Below, piece after piece: positions 55,650 through 64,000 of a stretch of 64,000 bases of DNA. Below the pieces are notes generated by a model. It was not told the origin of the DNA and ran no database searches. It saw only the letters and a list, made by a program, of their open reading frames with translations. Every line of letters begins with the position of its first letter. Positions within the stretch are counted from its first letter, which is position 1. The translations under genes were made by a program, and so were the position numbers. The stretch comes from an uncultured Enterobacteriaceae bacterium (lineage in GTDB: Bacteria; Pseudomonadota; Gammaproteobacteria; Ga0077536), in contig CAZFZX010000004.1 of the NCBI GenBank assembly GCA_964523765.1, forward strand, positions 1,394-65,393, read 5' to 3'.

Positions 55650-56356
55650 TCCCATGACGCGATCTCCGTCGCCATTTTTCCGGCCCGTGGCACTGAAACA
55701 TCACCGGCCGGTTCATCGAGGCCGCTCAATTCTTCGATCGTCTCGGCGACGACCGATGCAAGAAAGCGCAGCACGTCGGCAAAGAATGCCGGCGCGTCCC
55801 TCATCGATTCGAGCCGGCCTTCCATTTCCCCTAGTAAGGGCAGGGTCAGGCGAGTCGCGAAATCCCGCTGCGCGCGCTGGTAACCGGCCTCGAGCTCCGT
55901 AGTGCGCGCGCCGGCTTCTAGGTACGCCAGCCAGGCCATGAATTCGAGTTGGCAACTCAGATGGTCCGGCAACTCGTTTGCCCCGGCTTCGGTGTCGAGT
56001 TGCAGACCGAAATGTCGATAGCAACGAAGATACTCGAGCATCTGCTCCGCGCGCGATCGCCCGAGCCGCAGTCGCTCGTACTCACCCGCGTTCAGCGGCA
56101 CCACCGGGTGCCCGCCGCGCCCGGTAGCGAACAAACCGATGTAGTCGGATTCATAGTCGACGAACGCCGCGGGCGGCTCCGCGAAAGGCTCGGCCTGGCC
56201 GTACAAGCCGACGATCGAATCGGTTAGCGCGCGCCGGTAACTGCCGTCGACGAGGAGAACATGGAGCGCCGATTCGGGGTGGGTGAACACGAGCGCAAAG
56301 AGCTGGTAGGCACGCGAACGCGCCTCGCCGCGAGCGCTTGCGGTTAAGACGCTCAT
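55646..56356 (-). CDS. TorD/NarJ-family assembly chaperone (delta subunit)
   Basis: DHLSCQLEFMAWLAYLE. ATGA overlap with the beta stop. Confidence 0.7.
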   Translation of the reverse strand: MSVLTASARGEARSRAYQLFALVFTHPESALHVLLVDGSYRRALTDSIVGLYGQAEPFAEPPAAFVDYESDYIGLFATGRGGHPVVPLNAGEYERLRLGRSRAEQMLEYLRCYRHFGLQLDTEAGANELPDHLSCQLEFMAWLAYLEAGARTTELEAGYQRAQRDFATRLTLPLLGEMEGRLESMRDAPAFFADVLRFLASVVAETIEELSGLDEPAGDVSVPRAGKMATEIASWE

Positions 56357-57339
56357 GTCAGCTTAAACATGTCGGCCTGTTTATGAGCGATGAGGAGATC
56401 CATCAATTCGGATCCCTCACCCTGTGCCTTCTTCTGGCGCTCCCGATCGAGCGTTTCGAGCGCCTGCGACACGCCGTCGCCGAACAGGCTTTCTAGCAAT
56501 TCCAACGGAATGCGGGACCCGGCCACCGGCCGGCCCTCGTTGTCGAACTTTGCCGGCGCCATGGGTGGAACGTAGAACACATTCGGCTGGGTCCCCCATT
56601 CCGGGTGCAGCGGCAACGCGACTCGGTGTTCGTCGACGAGTTTGTAGATCGGTCCGTCCTCATCGTCACGGTACCCGACCCAGCGAATGCGGCCGACACA
56701 TTGTTTGGCGCATGCCATCGGCAGGCCCTTGGCGATACGTGGATAACAAAAAATACATTTTTCGGACTTCGAGATCTCCTCGTTGAAGTACACTTTCTTG
56801 TACGGACAAGCCTTGACACAATAGCGGTAACCGCGGCAGCGTTCCTGGTCGATGAGAACGATCCCATCCTCCTGGCGCTTGTAGATCGCCTTGCGCGGGC
56901 ACGCGTCGAGGCACGCCGGGTTGGTGCAGTGGTTGCACAGGCGCGGCAGATAAAAAAAGTAGCTATTCGGATATTCGCCCTCACCCACGTCTTCGTCCCA
57001 ATTCGCTCCGCCCGTGGGTTTGACATTTGGGCGCAGCCACGGCTCGGTGCCCGACATCAAGGTGGCCGCGTGGTCGTACTCCCACGGTGTACCGTAGTCT
57101 TCCAGGGTCGGCTGGGTTCCGGCTTTGAGCTTCCCGTCGCCGTCGAAGCCGCCGCCCATGTCTTGATAATTGCGCGGATAGCCTTCGCCAGGCATGGTCT
57201 CTACGTTGTTCCAATACATGAAGTCGCGGCCGTTACGGTTCGTCCACTGCGTCTTGCAAGCGATCGTGCAAGTCTGACAGCCGATGCACTTGTTGAGGTC
57301 CATGACCATCGATAACTGACGTTGCGCGGGATTCGTCAT
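56353..57339 (-). CDS. Type II DMSO-reductase-family beta subunit (Fe-S)
   Basis: MVMDLNKCIGCQTCTIACK, CNHCTNPACLDACP, CRGYRYCVKACPYKK and CIFCYPRIAKG. The ATG at 57339 overlaps the alpha stop (ATGA). Confidence 0.9.
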   Translation of the reverse strand: MTNPAQRQLSMVMDLNKCIGCQTCTIACKTQWTNRNGRDFMYWNNVETMPGEGYPRNYQDMGGGFDGDGKLKAGTQPTLEDYGTPWEYDHAATLMSGTEPWLRPNVKPTGGANWDEDVGEGEYPNSYFFYLPRLCNHCTNPACLDACPRKAIYKRQEDGIVLIDQERCRGYRYCVKACPYKKVYFNEEISKSEKCIFCYPRIAKGLPMACAKQCVGRIRWVGYRDDEDGPIYKLVDEHRVALPLHPEWGTQPNVFYVPPMAPAKFDNEGRPVAGSRIPLELLESLFGDGVSQALETLDRERQKKAQGEGSELMDLLIAHKQADMFKLT

Positions 57340-60092
57340 GCCTGCATCTCCTGTGCCGGCGCCGCTTCGATGTCGACGCTGCCTTCGTTCGCGACCTGGT
57401 TCTGATTCCAACGCAGAAACTGGAACTTGAGATGGCCCCAATTGCCGACGAGCTCCAGCGGCTGCAGCAACGTCGGGACCACATCGTTGAGATAGCGTCC
57501 GCCCTCTATCTGGTACTGCTCCCAGCCGTGCTCCATCATCACCGTGTCGTCACGCATTCCGGGCATGAGCTTCGCCTGCACATGGAATTCGCCGAACCCG
57601 TTGAACACCCGCACGCGGTTGCCGTCGCCGATCCCTTTCGCCGCCGCGAGTTGGGGACTGATACACACGTGCGGCTCCCCTCGCTGCATGCGCATCATGT
57701 ATTTGTCCGAGCGCCAGTTACTGTGGATCCCCCAGCGCGCATGCGGCGTGTGAAATATCAGCGGAAAATTCGACGCTTGCGGGCCAGCGTTGGGGCGCGC
57801 CGTCGGCACTTTCGAATCCAGGCGCGCGAACCAATCGTGATCGCAAAAGAAGGTGATCCGGCCGGACAGCGTCGGATACGGTTTCTTGTCCACGACCTGG
57901 TGCTCCCAGGGATTGACGGGCCGATCCGGCTTCACCGTCGTGTGCGCGGGGAACGGGCTGGTCTGCACGGTCAGGAAACCTTTCTCAGCACCCTCTTCAA
58001 ACGTCTGCCCGGCGAGTTCGGGACTGTTCTCCACCATCCATTGAACCGCGTCTCGCGCCGTGGTGAGCTTACCGTTCATGGTGTAGTCGTCGTAGATGGT
58101 GTCGAAGTCGCGCGTGAAATCGCCATCCTCGTATTTCGAAACGCCGCGCGCTTTCGCTCGTTCCTGCACCTTTTCTGCGAGTAAGGTAAAGATCTCCCAC
58201 TCGGGTTTCGCCTCACCGATGGGTTTAACCGGCGCGGTGAAGAAATTGACGTTGCGATGCAGCGGCGTCAGGCGCAGATCCCACTTCTCGTAGTAACTCG
58301 CGGCAGGCAGCAGGTAATCCGCCCAGCGCGTGGTGGAATTCATCCGCGGATCAACACAGACGAACAAATCCGTCGCTTCTGCGAGGACACGTTCTCTATA
58401 GGCCGCACCGCCCTTGGCGCGGCGAAAACGATTGTCCGCCGACAGGATCATGCCCTTTACGGGTCCGTAGTGCGGCATCCAACGTTTATCGATGGACTCA
58501 TGAGCCATCGCCATCATCTCCTCGACATCGAAGCCGACCCTCTCCTTCAGTTTTTTTGGATCGTAATGGCGGCTCGCCTCCTCCCACATGTGGCCGTGCA
58601 TATATTCGCCCAAGCCGCCGGTGTCGAGGCGCGGAAATTTCGTGTTGTCGAAAAATGCGAGCCGCAGCACCGAGACCCAGCCCCAGTCGAGCCACGAAGT
58701 GTCGATGCCTCCGGTCGGCCCCCCGTGCCCGGTCAAGGCGAGAAACAAAGCCTGCGCCCAACCGGTATAAATACCGTTCAGATGCTTGCCGATATTGAAC
58801 CCATCGAGCATCACGAGTTTCTTCGCCGCAGCCATGTGGCGCGCTTCCTCGCGCACCAGGTCGGGATGGACGCCGGTCGTAGGCTGGACCGCCTCCGGGG
58901 TAAACCGAGCGGCCTCCTTTCGCATGTGCACGAAGGCCGGTTCCACTGTAATACCGTCGACCTCATAGCTGCCGGCGAGTGCCGGATCGCGCTCACCCAA
59001 CGCGATCGTTTTCTCTTCGCTGCCCATCGATCCGCTTGCCGGCACGGCCGCGTCTGTGTTCAAGTCCCAAACGAAAAAGACATCCGTTTCGCCGTGTTCG
59101 TCCAAATCGGATTGTCGCAGCAACCTGCCGTTGTCCTTGCGCACGAGGAGAGTCAGATCGGTCTGTTCTTTTACAAAATCCGCGGACCATAGATCTTCTT
59201 CGAGTACGACATTGACGAGGGACATGTAGAAGTACGGATCGGTACCGGCTTCGATCGGAACCCACACGTCCGCGTGGATCGAAGAAGGGTTGTAGTCGGG
59301 TGTTACGCTCATGATCCGGGCGCCGCGATAGCGTCCCTCCCAGACGAAATGCGCGTCGGGGATCCGCGTTACGCTCGGGTTGAACATCGCCAGCACGATG
59401 TAGTCCGCCTCATACCAACTGTCGGAGGTCATACTCTGCAGCGGATCGCCGTAGGCGAGGTGCGCGCCCGTGTTCAAGTCGCCGACGTCACTGATCGTAT
59501 CGCCCTGAATGCCGCCGAGGAGCGTAGCGAAACGCAACGACGCGGTCCACGGCATGTGACTCACAGTGCCGGTGCCCCAGTGGCTCATGAGATGACCGGG
59601 CCCGTACGACTCGTAGATATCGATGATCTTATCGGCGACTTCGGTCGCGGCCTGATCCCACGAAATGCGCTGCCATTTTCCTTGGCCGCGTTCGCCGATC
59701 CTTTTCATCGGATAACGCAGACGATCACCCTCATACATGTTCGACGAGTGAATGGCGCCCTTCTGACATCCGCGCGGGTTCGTATCGGGAATGTCGTCGC
59801 GGACTACCGGATAGGCGGCGATCTGCTCTTCGCGCACGACGATACCGTCCTTGACGAACACCTGGAAACCGCAGTTGCCCTGACAATTCACGCAATGCGC
59901 CGCGTAGCCCACGTGGTCCCAGTCGAATTCCTTTTCGTAGAGGTCTTCCCAAGCTCGGTAGGGGTACTCAGCGTTCAATGGGTCGCCGATGGGCTCCAGC
60001 CGGGTCAAGCCCCAGGCGTTGCCGGCACCGATGATACCGATCGAACCGATGGACGAGCGTTCGAGAAATTGACGTCGGTTGTACTTGCTCAT
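57336..60092 (-). CDS. Type II DMSO-reductase-family molybdopterin alpha subunit, Tat-exported, substrate unknown
   Basis: Tat motif NRRQFLERS. Canonical H-x3-C-x3-C FS0 motif AAHCVNCQGNC...NPRGCQKG. 918 aa. Confidence 0.85.
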   Translation of the reverse strand: MSKYNRRQFLERSSIGSIGIIGAGNAWGLTRLEPIGDPLNAEYPYRAWEDLYEKEFDWDHVGYAAHCVNCQGNCGFQVFVKDGIVVREEQIAAYPVVRDDIPDTNPRGCQKGAIHSSNMYEGDRLRYPMKRIGERGQGKWQRISWDQAATEVADKIIDIYESYGPGHLMSHWGTGTVSHMPWTASLRFATLLGGIQGDTISDVGDLNTGAHLAYGDPLQSMTSDSWYEADYIVLAMFNPSVTRIPDAHFVWEGRYRGARIMSVTPDYNPSSIHADVWVPIEAGTDPYFYMSLVNVVLEEDLWSADFVKEQTDLTLLVRKDNGRLLRQSDLDEHGETDVFFVWDLNTDAAVPASGSMGSEEKTIALGERDPALAGSYEVDGITVEPAFVHMRKEAARFTPEAVQPTTGVHPDLVREEARHMAAAKKLVMLDGFNIGKHLNGIYTGWAQALFLALTGHGGPTGGIDTSWLDWGWVSVLRLAFFDNTKFPRLDTGGLGEYMHGHMWEEASRHYDPKKLKERVGFDVEEMMAMAHESIDKRWMPHYGPVKGMILSADNRFRRAKGGAAYRERVLAEATDLFVCVDPRMNSTTRWADYLLPAASYYEKWDLRLTPLHRNVNFFTAPVKPIGEAKPEWEIFTLLAEKVQERAKARGVSKYEDGDFTRDFDTIYDDYTMNGKLTTARDAVQWMVENSPELAGQTFEEGAEKGFLTVQTSPFPAHTTVKPDRPVNPWEHQVVDKKPYPTLSGRITFFCDHDWFARLDSKVPTARPNAGPQASNFPLIFHTPHARWGIHSNWRSDKYMMRMQRGEPHVCISPQLAAAKGIGDGNRVRVFNGFGEFHVQAKLMPGMRDDTVMMEHGWEQYQIEGGRYLNDVVPTLLQPLELVGNWGHLKFQFLRWNQNQVANEGSVDIEAAPAQEMQA

Positions 60093-60127
60093 TGGCCTCT
60101 CTCCCGATAACGGCAGACGCGCACGAT

Positions 60128-60766
60128 TCAGCCCTTAGGTTTGCGCGCGGGCTCCGATTTCACCGTTTTCAGATAATTCGTATTCGTCATCAGCGCGACG
60201 GTCGGCTCGACGAGCTCGTCGCGGGAACGACCCATATCGAGCTGATTCGCGAGATCCAGGCTCGCGAGACCGTGCAGACCTATCCACCACAGGTGGACAA
60301 GGTCGAGCGGATCGATATCGACATGGCCGGCTGCGACGAAGCCCTCCGCAATCGTAAGGGCCGCATCGAACGTCGTCTGCCGGTCGTCGCGCACCCACTG
60401 CGGTGCCGGCGCCTCACCCTGATCGAGCTCGTACATAATGCGGTACAGATCGGGCTCGTCGACGGCGAAATCGAGCGCGGCACGCAACATCTCACGCCCC
60501 TTGTTCAACGGGCGCGCCCGGCTTTCCGCCACTTTCCGAAATATCTCCCCCAGCCGACGAAAACCTTCGGCGCGAAGCTCCGCCAGCAGCTGGTCTTTGT
60601 TGTCGACGTAGCGATACAGTGCCGGCGCCGTCAGCCCCATCTCGCGTGCGACCGCACGCAGTGAAAAATTGCGGTAACCCTCGCGGCCGAAAACATGCAG
60701 CGCCGCCGCGCTGATGCGCTCTTCCATGTCCTGGATCTGTTCCTCCGTGTAGCTCGGTCTCGGCAT
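60128..60766 (-). CDS. TetR-family transcriptional regulator, 35 nt upstream of the DMSOR alpha gene
   Basis: HTH FSLRAVAREMGLTAPALYRYVDNKDQLL. Start at the ATG at 60766 (GGAAAG upstream) or 60781. The ORF is open to 60811. Confidence 0.8.
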   Translation of the reverse strand: MPRPSYTEEQIQDMEERISAAALHVFGREGYRNFSLRAVAREMGLTAPALYRYVDNKDQLLAELRAEGFRRLGEIFRKVAESRARPLNKGREMLRAALDFAVDEPDLYRIMYELDQGEAPAPQWVRDDRQTTFDAALTIAEGFVAAGHVDIDPLDLVHLWWIGLHGLASLDLANQLDMGRSRDELVEPTVALMTNTNYLKTVKSEPARKPKG

Positions 60767-60787
60767 ATCGGATCTTTCCATTCGTTT

Positions 60788-60832
60788 AGTTGACAGCGTT
60801 AAGTTAATCATGTTTAATTAACGCGGTCAACT
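60788..60832. promoter_or_regulatory. Candidate TetR operator (15-bp inverted repeat) in the divergent TetR/DUF3179 region
   Basis: agttgacagcgttaa (60788-60802) versus ttaacgcggtcaact (60818-60832), 14/15 complementary. The spacer is AT-rich. Confidence 0.4.
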
Positions 60833-60846
60833 GAATTTGCGATCGA

Positions 60847-62112
60847 ATGGATGACACACTATTGGAGAACAGAATGACCGATACCGTTTTTGATACTTCG
60901 CTCGTGTGGGAGGCGAGTCACTGGACTGGACTCGCGATAGGCACTGCTGCCGCCTTCGTCTATTTCCGCGATCTGGGCGACGTCACTCAAGCCCTTTTCG
61001 GGGTAAAGCGCCACAATATGATGTTTGCGATCCGGCATGAGTACCGCCTCATTGGGGCGGCCGTACTCGGCACAGTAGTCGCCGGCGCTGCGCTGGCCCT
61101 GGCGGACGCAGGTATCCCGAGCGTCTACCTGACGCTTGCCGCGCTTAACCTGGTTCTCATTGCATTTCCCTACACCTGGCTGCATTGGGGACTTCGAAAT
61201 CAACAGAATTCCGCCGTGTTCTACTCCGTGGACGAAGCGCGAAAATACGTACGCGACGGCGAGAGCGTGATCGTCCTGGAAAACAACGGCGAGGCCCGCG
61301 CGCACCCCGACAATCACATCAAACGCCCGCATCTGGCAGGCAATCCCGAGGGCCTCGGTGGCGAAAACGTGATCATCACTTACTGTTGCATGACACACCT
61401 CGGGCACGGGTTCAAACCGGAGATTGATAATCAACCGCTAGATCTCGAAGTCATTGCACAACATGGCAACAACCTCATCATGCGCGATAAGGCGACCGGT
61501 GAACCGATCCAGCAGGTGTACGGATCGCGCGAGTGCGATGGCCGGTGGGGTCCCAAGATGCAGGAGTGGCCGACATTCCGCATGCCGTTTCGCGCGTTCG
61601 CCAAAGCCTATCCGGATGGCAAAGTATTTCTGAACAAATACACTCCGGTCACAAAGAACCCTGTACTTTGGTTGTGGGATCACATTGTCGAGATCATGTT
61701 CCTGTTGGTTGTAGTACCCCACCATCACAGCGAAGATCTGCTGTTCAATACCATGGACATCGAAGACAAACGCCTGCGTCGAAAGGAACTCGTATGGGGT
61801 TTTAATGTCGGCCAGGATTCCGTCGCTTATACGGAGCAGTTCATCCGCGACAACGGCAACGTTATCAACGCAAATGTCGGCGACCAGAATATCGTCGCAT
61901 CTTACGACTCCGATTTCGAAAGCGTCGGCATTTGGTATAATGACAGCGGCGAGCCGGTCCACCGCGTCGATTTTTGGGGCGATTCCGACCGGGGTAAACT
62001 CGATCGCGTAGAAACCGTCAAGGCGGGCCTTTATTGGTTTGTCTGGGTAAACTATTTTCCGGAGACTGAACTCAATCGCCTTGGGCGAATTGCTGATAAG
62101 CAAGCCGCCTAA
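60847..62112 (+). CDS. DUF3179-like protein with an N-terminal membrane domain
   Basis: N-terminal TM helices, then VIVLENNGEARAHPDNHI...VIITYCCMTHLGHGF, resembling the DUF3179 core (ARAYP ... TYCPLCG). Confidence 0.55.
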   Translation: MDDTLLENRMTDTVFDTSLVWEASHWTGLAIGTAAAFVYFRDLGDVTQALFGVKRHNMMFAIRHEYRLIGAAVLGTVVAGAALALADAGIPSVYLTLAALNLVLIAFPYTWLHWGLRNQQNSAVFYSVDEARKYVRDGESVIVLENNGEARAHPDNHIKRPHLAGNPEGLGGENVIITYCCMTHLGHGFKPEIDNQPLDLEVIAQHGNNLIMRDKATGEPIQQVYGSRECDGRWGPKMQEWPTFRMPFRAFAKAYPDGKVFLNKYTPVTKNPVLWLWDHIVEIMFLLVVVPHHHSEDLLFNTMDIEDKRLRRKELVWGFNVGQDSVAYTEQFIRDNGNVINANVGDQNIVASYDSDFESVGIWYNDSGEPVHRVDFWGDSDRGKLDRVETVKAGLYWFVWVNYFPETELNRLGRIADKQAA

Positions 62113-62133
62113 TCCGAATATTGGAAGTAACTC

Positions 62134-62598
62134 ATGAACGATGTAGAAAAGATCCAATGGCTATTTGACGTAGAGCAGATCAAGCAACTCAAGCACCGCT
62201 ATTGCGGTTATTGCGATGAACGCTACGACCCCGACGGTATCGCCGCGCTGTTCACGGCCGACGGTATCTGGGACGGCGGCGCGTTCGGCCGCGCCGAGGG
62301 ACGCGAGGAAATCCACAAGTTCTTCAGCGAGGTGTCTTCGCAGGTCATCTTCGCCAACCACTACGTTAGCAACCCCATTATCGAGATCACGGGCGATGCG
62401 GCCACGGGACGTTGGGATCTCTGGCAACCGATGGTCCTCGGTCCCGACCCTGCCGCGATGTGGTTGGTGGCCAAATACCGCGAGCAATACGTGCGCGCCG
62501 GCGACGGCTGGCTCTTTAAGGTCCTGGAAGTCGACATCCGCGGCCTGACGCCTTACGAGGAAGGGTTCGCCAAGCAACGGATCGCCGAGATGGGCTGA
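62134..62598 (+). CDS. SnoaL_4/NTF2-like family protein
   Basis: IKQLKHRYCGYCDERYDPDGIAALFTADGIWDGG...YVRAGDGWLFK is typical of SnoaL_4 domains. Confidence 0.7.
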   Translation: MNDVEKIQWLFDVEQIKQLKHRYCGYCDERYDPDGIAALFTADGIWDGGAFGRAEGREEIHKFFSEVSSQVIFANHYVSNPIIEITGDAATGRWDLWQPMVLGPDPAAMWLVAKYREQYVRAGDGWLFKVLEVDIRGLTPYEEGFAKQRIAEMG

Positions 62599-62666
62599 GA
62601 GCGGGCCGACCGCGGACCGGATCGGCCGGGCCGCGGGGAAGCGAAGACATCGGGTCGTTCGCGCGC

Positions 62667-63890
62667 CTACGGGACGATATACAGGTCATGCGACAGGTAC
62701 CGCGTCAGGTTTTCGTATCCGTCTTCGGTGACCAGGACAATATCCTCCGGCATGCCGCCGCCGACTTCGTTGGCGGGATCGAAGATGCCAATTTCGATCA
62801 TGAAAACCATTCCCGGCTGAACGACCGTTTTTTCATCGGCGCGGATCCAGGGAGGTAGGTGATCGTTCATGAGCCCCATGCTGTGGCCGTCGAAATCAAT
62901 GAGCGGGGCCTGATCGCGTTTCCGGCGAGCGGCCATTCCAGCCTCGCGGATTTCGCAGACGGCGATGCCCGGCTTTATTACGTCCATGGTTTCGCAATGC
63001 GCGTCGACCGCCTGTCGATAGATTTCCAGCTGCTTTTTCGGCGGTTTGCCGACATAGAAATTACGCTGGAAATCCGTGCGATATCCCTGGTAGCTCGGTC
63101 CGAAGTCACTCATTCCGAAATCGCCATATTCTATCGTCCGGTCTAAGGGTCGGGTTATCCACCGATGGCTCGGCGGCGACTCCCCCGCGTTCGTCGAAAA
63201 GGCGATCCAGGTCGACACCTGCGGCGAATCCAACATACCGAGATCGGCACAAGCTCTCCAGAATACCCGATGAAAATCGCGTTCCTTCATGCCGGGACGG
63301 ATAGCATCAAACGCGGCGCGATGTGCAACGCACGCCCTCCGGCACCCTTCCCGTATCGTCTCTACCTCCCAGGCGGTCTTAACCGCGATTTGAGCACAAA
63401 TGAAATCGTCCGCACTGACGATTTCTGCATTCGGGAGCCCGGATTGCAATTGGCGATATTCGTCAATGCTCAGGTAGTTCATCGTGAACTGCGGGCCGGT
63501 TTCAACGCCCAAAACTTTATCCGACAGATTCAAGTCCGCAAGCGTATCGAACAGACAGACCCAGAAATCAGAATGCGGCGTCGCCCATATCGGCTCTTCG
63601 CTCCAGGGCCGGACATCGTCGACCCACGAACTCGATGCGATCCCGAAATACGCATAGGCGCCGTGGGCGACAATAACGGGATCGCGGTCTGGCAATACGA
63701 TCACGCAACAGCGCCAGGCCGGACAGTGCATGAATCCGGCATCCGTCCAACCGGCGTAATACCACCAGTTGGCCGGCGCGAACAATACCATCGCATCCAT
63801 CGCCGAGGCGGCGAGTAGGCGCTGTGTATTTTCTATGCGATGACGGAATTCTTCGCGCGGAATCAACGGCCATTTGACGTTATCTCTCAT
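62667..63890 (-). CDS. M24-family metallopeptidase/creatinase-like hydrolase (Xaa-Pro peptidase type)
   Basis: Creatinase-like N-domain plus a pita-bread C-domain (DFGMSDFGPSYQGYRTDFQRNFYVG, HSMGL, MVFMIEIG). Confidence 0.8.
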   Translation of the reverse strand: MRDNVKWPLIPREEFRHRIENTQRLLAASAMDAMVLFAPANWWYYAGWTDAGFMHCPAWRCCVIVLPDRDPVIVAHGAYAYFGIASSSWVDDVRPWSEEPIWATPHSDFWVCLFDTLADLNLSDKVLGVETGPQFTMNYLSIDEYRQLQSGLPNAEIVSADDFICAQIAVKTAWEVETIREGCRRACVAHRAAFDAIRPGMKERDFHRVFWRACADLGMLDSPQVSTWIAFSTNAGESPPSHRWITRPLDRTIEYGDFGMSDFGPSYQGYRTDFQRNFYVGKPPKKQLEIYRQAVDAHCETMDVIKPGIAVCEIREAGMAARRKRDQAPLIDFDGHSMGLMNDHLPPWIRADEKTVVQPGMVFMIEIGIFDPANEVGGGMPEDIVLVTEDGYENLTRYLSHDLYIVP

Positions 63891-63939
63891 GCTTCCTCCA
63901 AGGTGGTTTCCTCGATCCTCGACCGCTTCCTCCCGCCGT

Positions 63940-64000
63940 CTATGGTGCGACCGCCTTCCGCGCTTGTTGGCGAACGTAGTGCAACAAACCGTCGATGTCG
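63940..64000 (-). CDS. 3' end of a minus-strand CDS continuing beyond the window, product unknown
   Basis: Open frame reading ...DIDGLLHYVRQQARKAVAP* with TAG at 63940-63942. Too short to identify. Confidence 0.2.
   Translation of the reverse strand, partial: DIDGLLHYVRQQARKAVAP

Noticed and set aside
62599-62666. GC-rich palindromic stretch (cgggccgaccgcggaccggatcggccgggccgcgg) between convergent genes, considered as a terminator.
   Set aside because: The stem is irregular with bulges and there is no U-tract on either strand. Not supportable as an intrinsic terminator by eye.
1-64000. CRISPR arrays, rRNA/tRNA genes, integrases/transposases, toxin-antitoxin or phage-defence style gene pairs.
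   Set aside because: No regularly spaced direct repeats, no recognisable RNA gene signatures and no recombinase, nuclease or defence-domain motifs were seen in any credible ORF. The window reads as metabolic/respiratory chromosome, not a defence island.

Overview
This is a GC-rich, almost fully coding bacterial chromosomal window. I recognised no rRNA, tRNA, CRISPR array, transposase or phage gene, and I cannot assign a taxon from sequence alone. It falls into four modules.

(1) About 2.4-16.3 kb, minus strand: a tightly packed copper/haem respiratory cluster. It is headed by a divergent NosZ (N2O reductase) homologue with a Sec-type leader. Following it are a lipoprotein, a split cytochrome b6 plus subunit-IV/cytochrome-c pair with no Rieske gene, two Vgb-type beta-propellers and several c-type cytochromes. 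The cluster ends with a NosFY/GldFG-class ABC system (with GldG-like and DUF4340-like partners) and SCO1/SenC. An FNR/DNR-like palindrome lies upstream. No nosD, nosL or nosR is present in the window. This is my main candidate for a non-canonical system.

(2) 16.5-29.5 kb: acyl-CoA genes, a CoxG-like protein, a URO-D-type methyltransferase coupled to an Fe-S protein, a rhodanese, CobS/CobT, a GMC oxidoreductase and a cytoplasmic molybdopterin oxidoreductase.

(3) 29.7-46.3 kb: a RACo-type corrinoid activase is translationally coupled to a type II DMSO-reductase-family operon (ethylbenzene-dehydrogenase-like) in the order gamma-beta-alpha-delta. Next come a corrinoid protein, an MtaA-like methyltransferase and DUF1638. 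These are followed by a PaaK-like CoA ligase, a TetR regulator and an hcrCAB-like 4-hydroxybenzoyl-CoA reductase.

(4) 46.3-64 kb: an enoyl-CoA hydratase, a DUF1302/DUF1329 pair, an amidase with a small partner, and a second type II DMSOR operon (alpha-beta-delta-gamma) behind a TetR. DUF3179-like, NTF2-like and M24 peptidase genes complete the window.

Non-coding signals are a three-hairpin repeat family (3 copies), a 268-bp element with 21-bp perfect terminal inverted repeats, three strong FNR-type boxes, candidate TetR operators and one AT-rich promoter island. All functional calls rest on motif recognition by eye. No database search was run.
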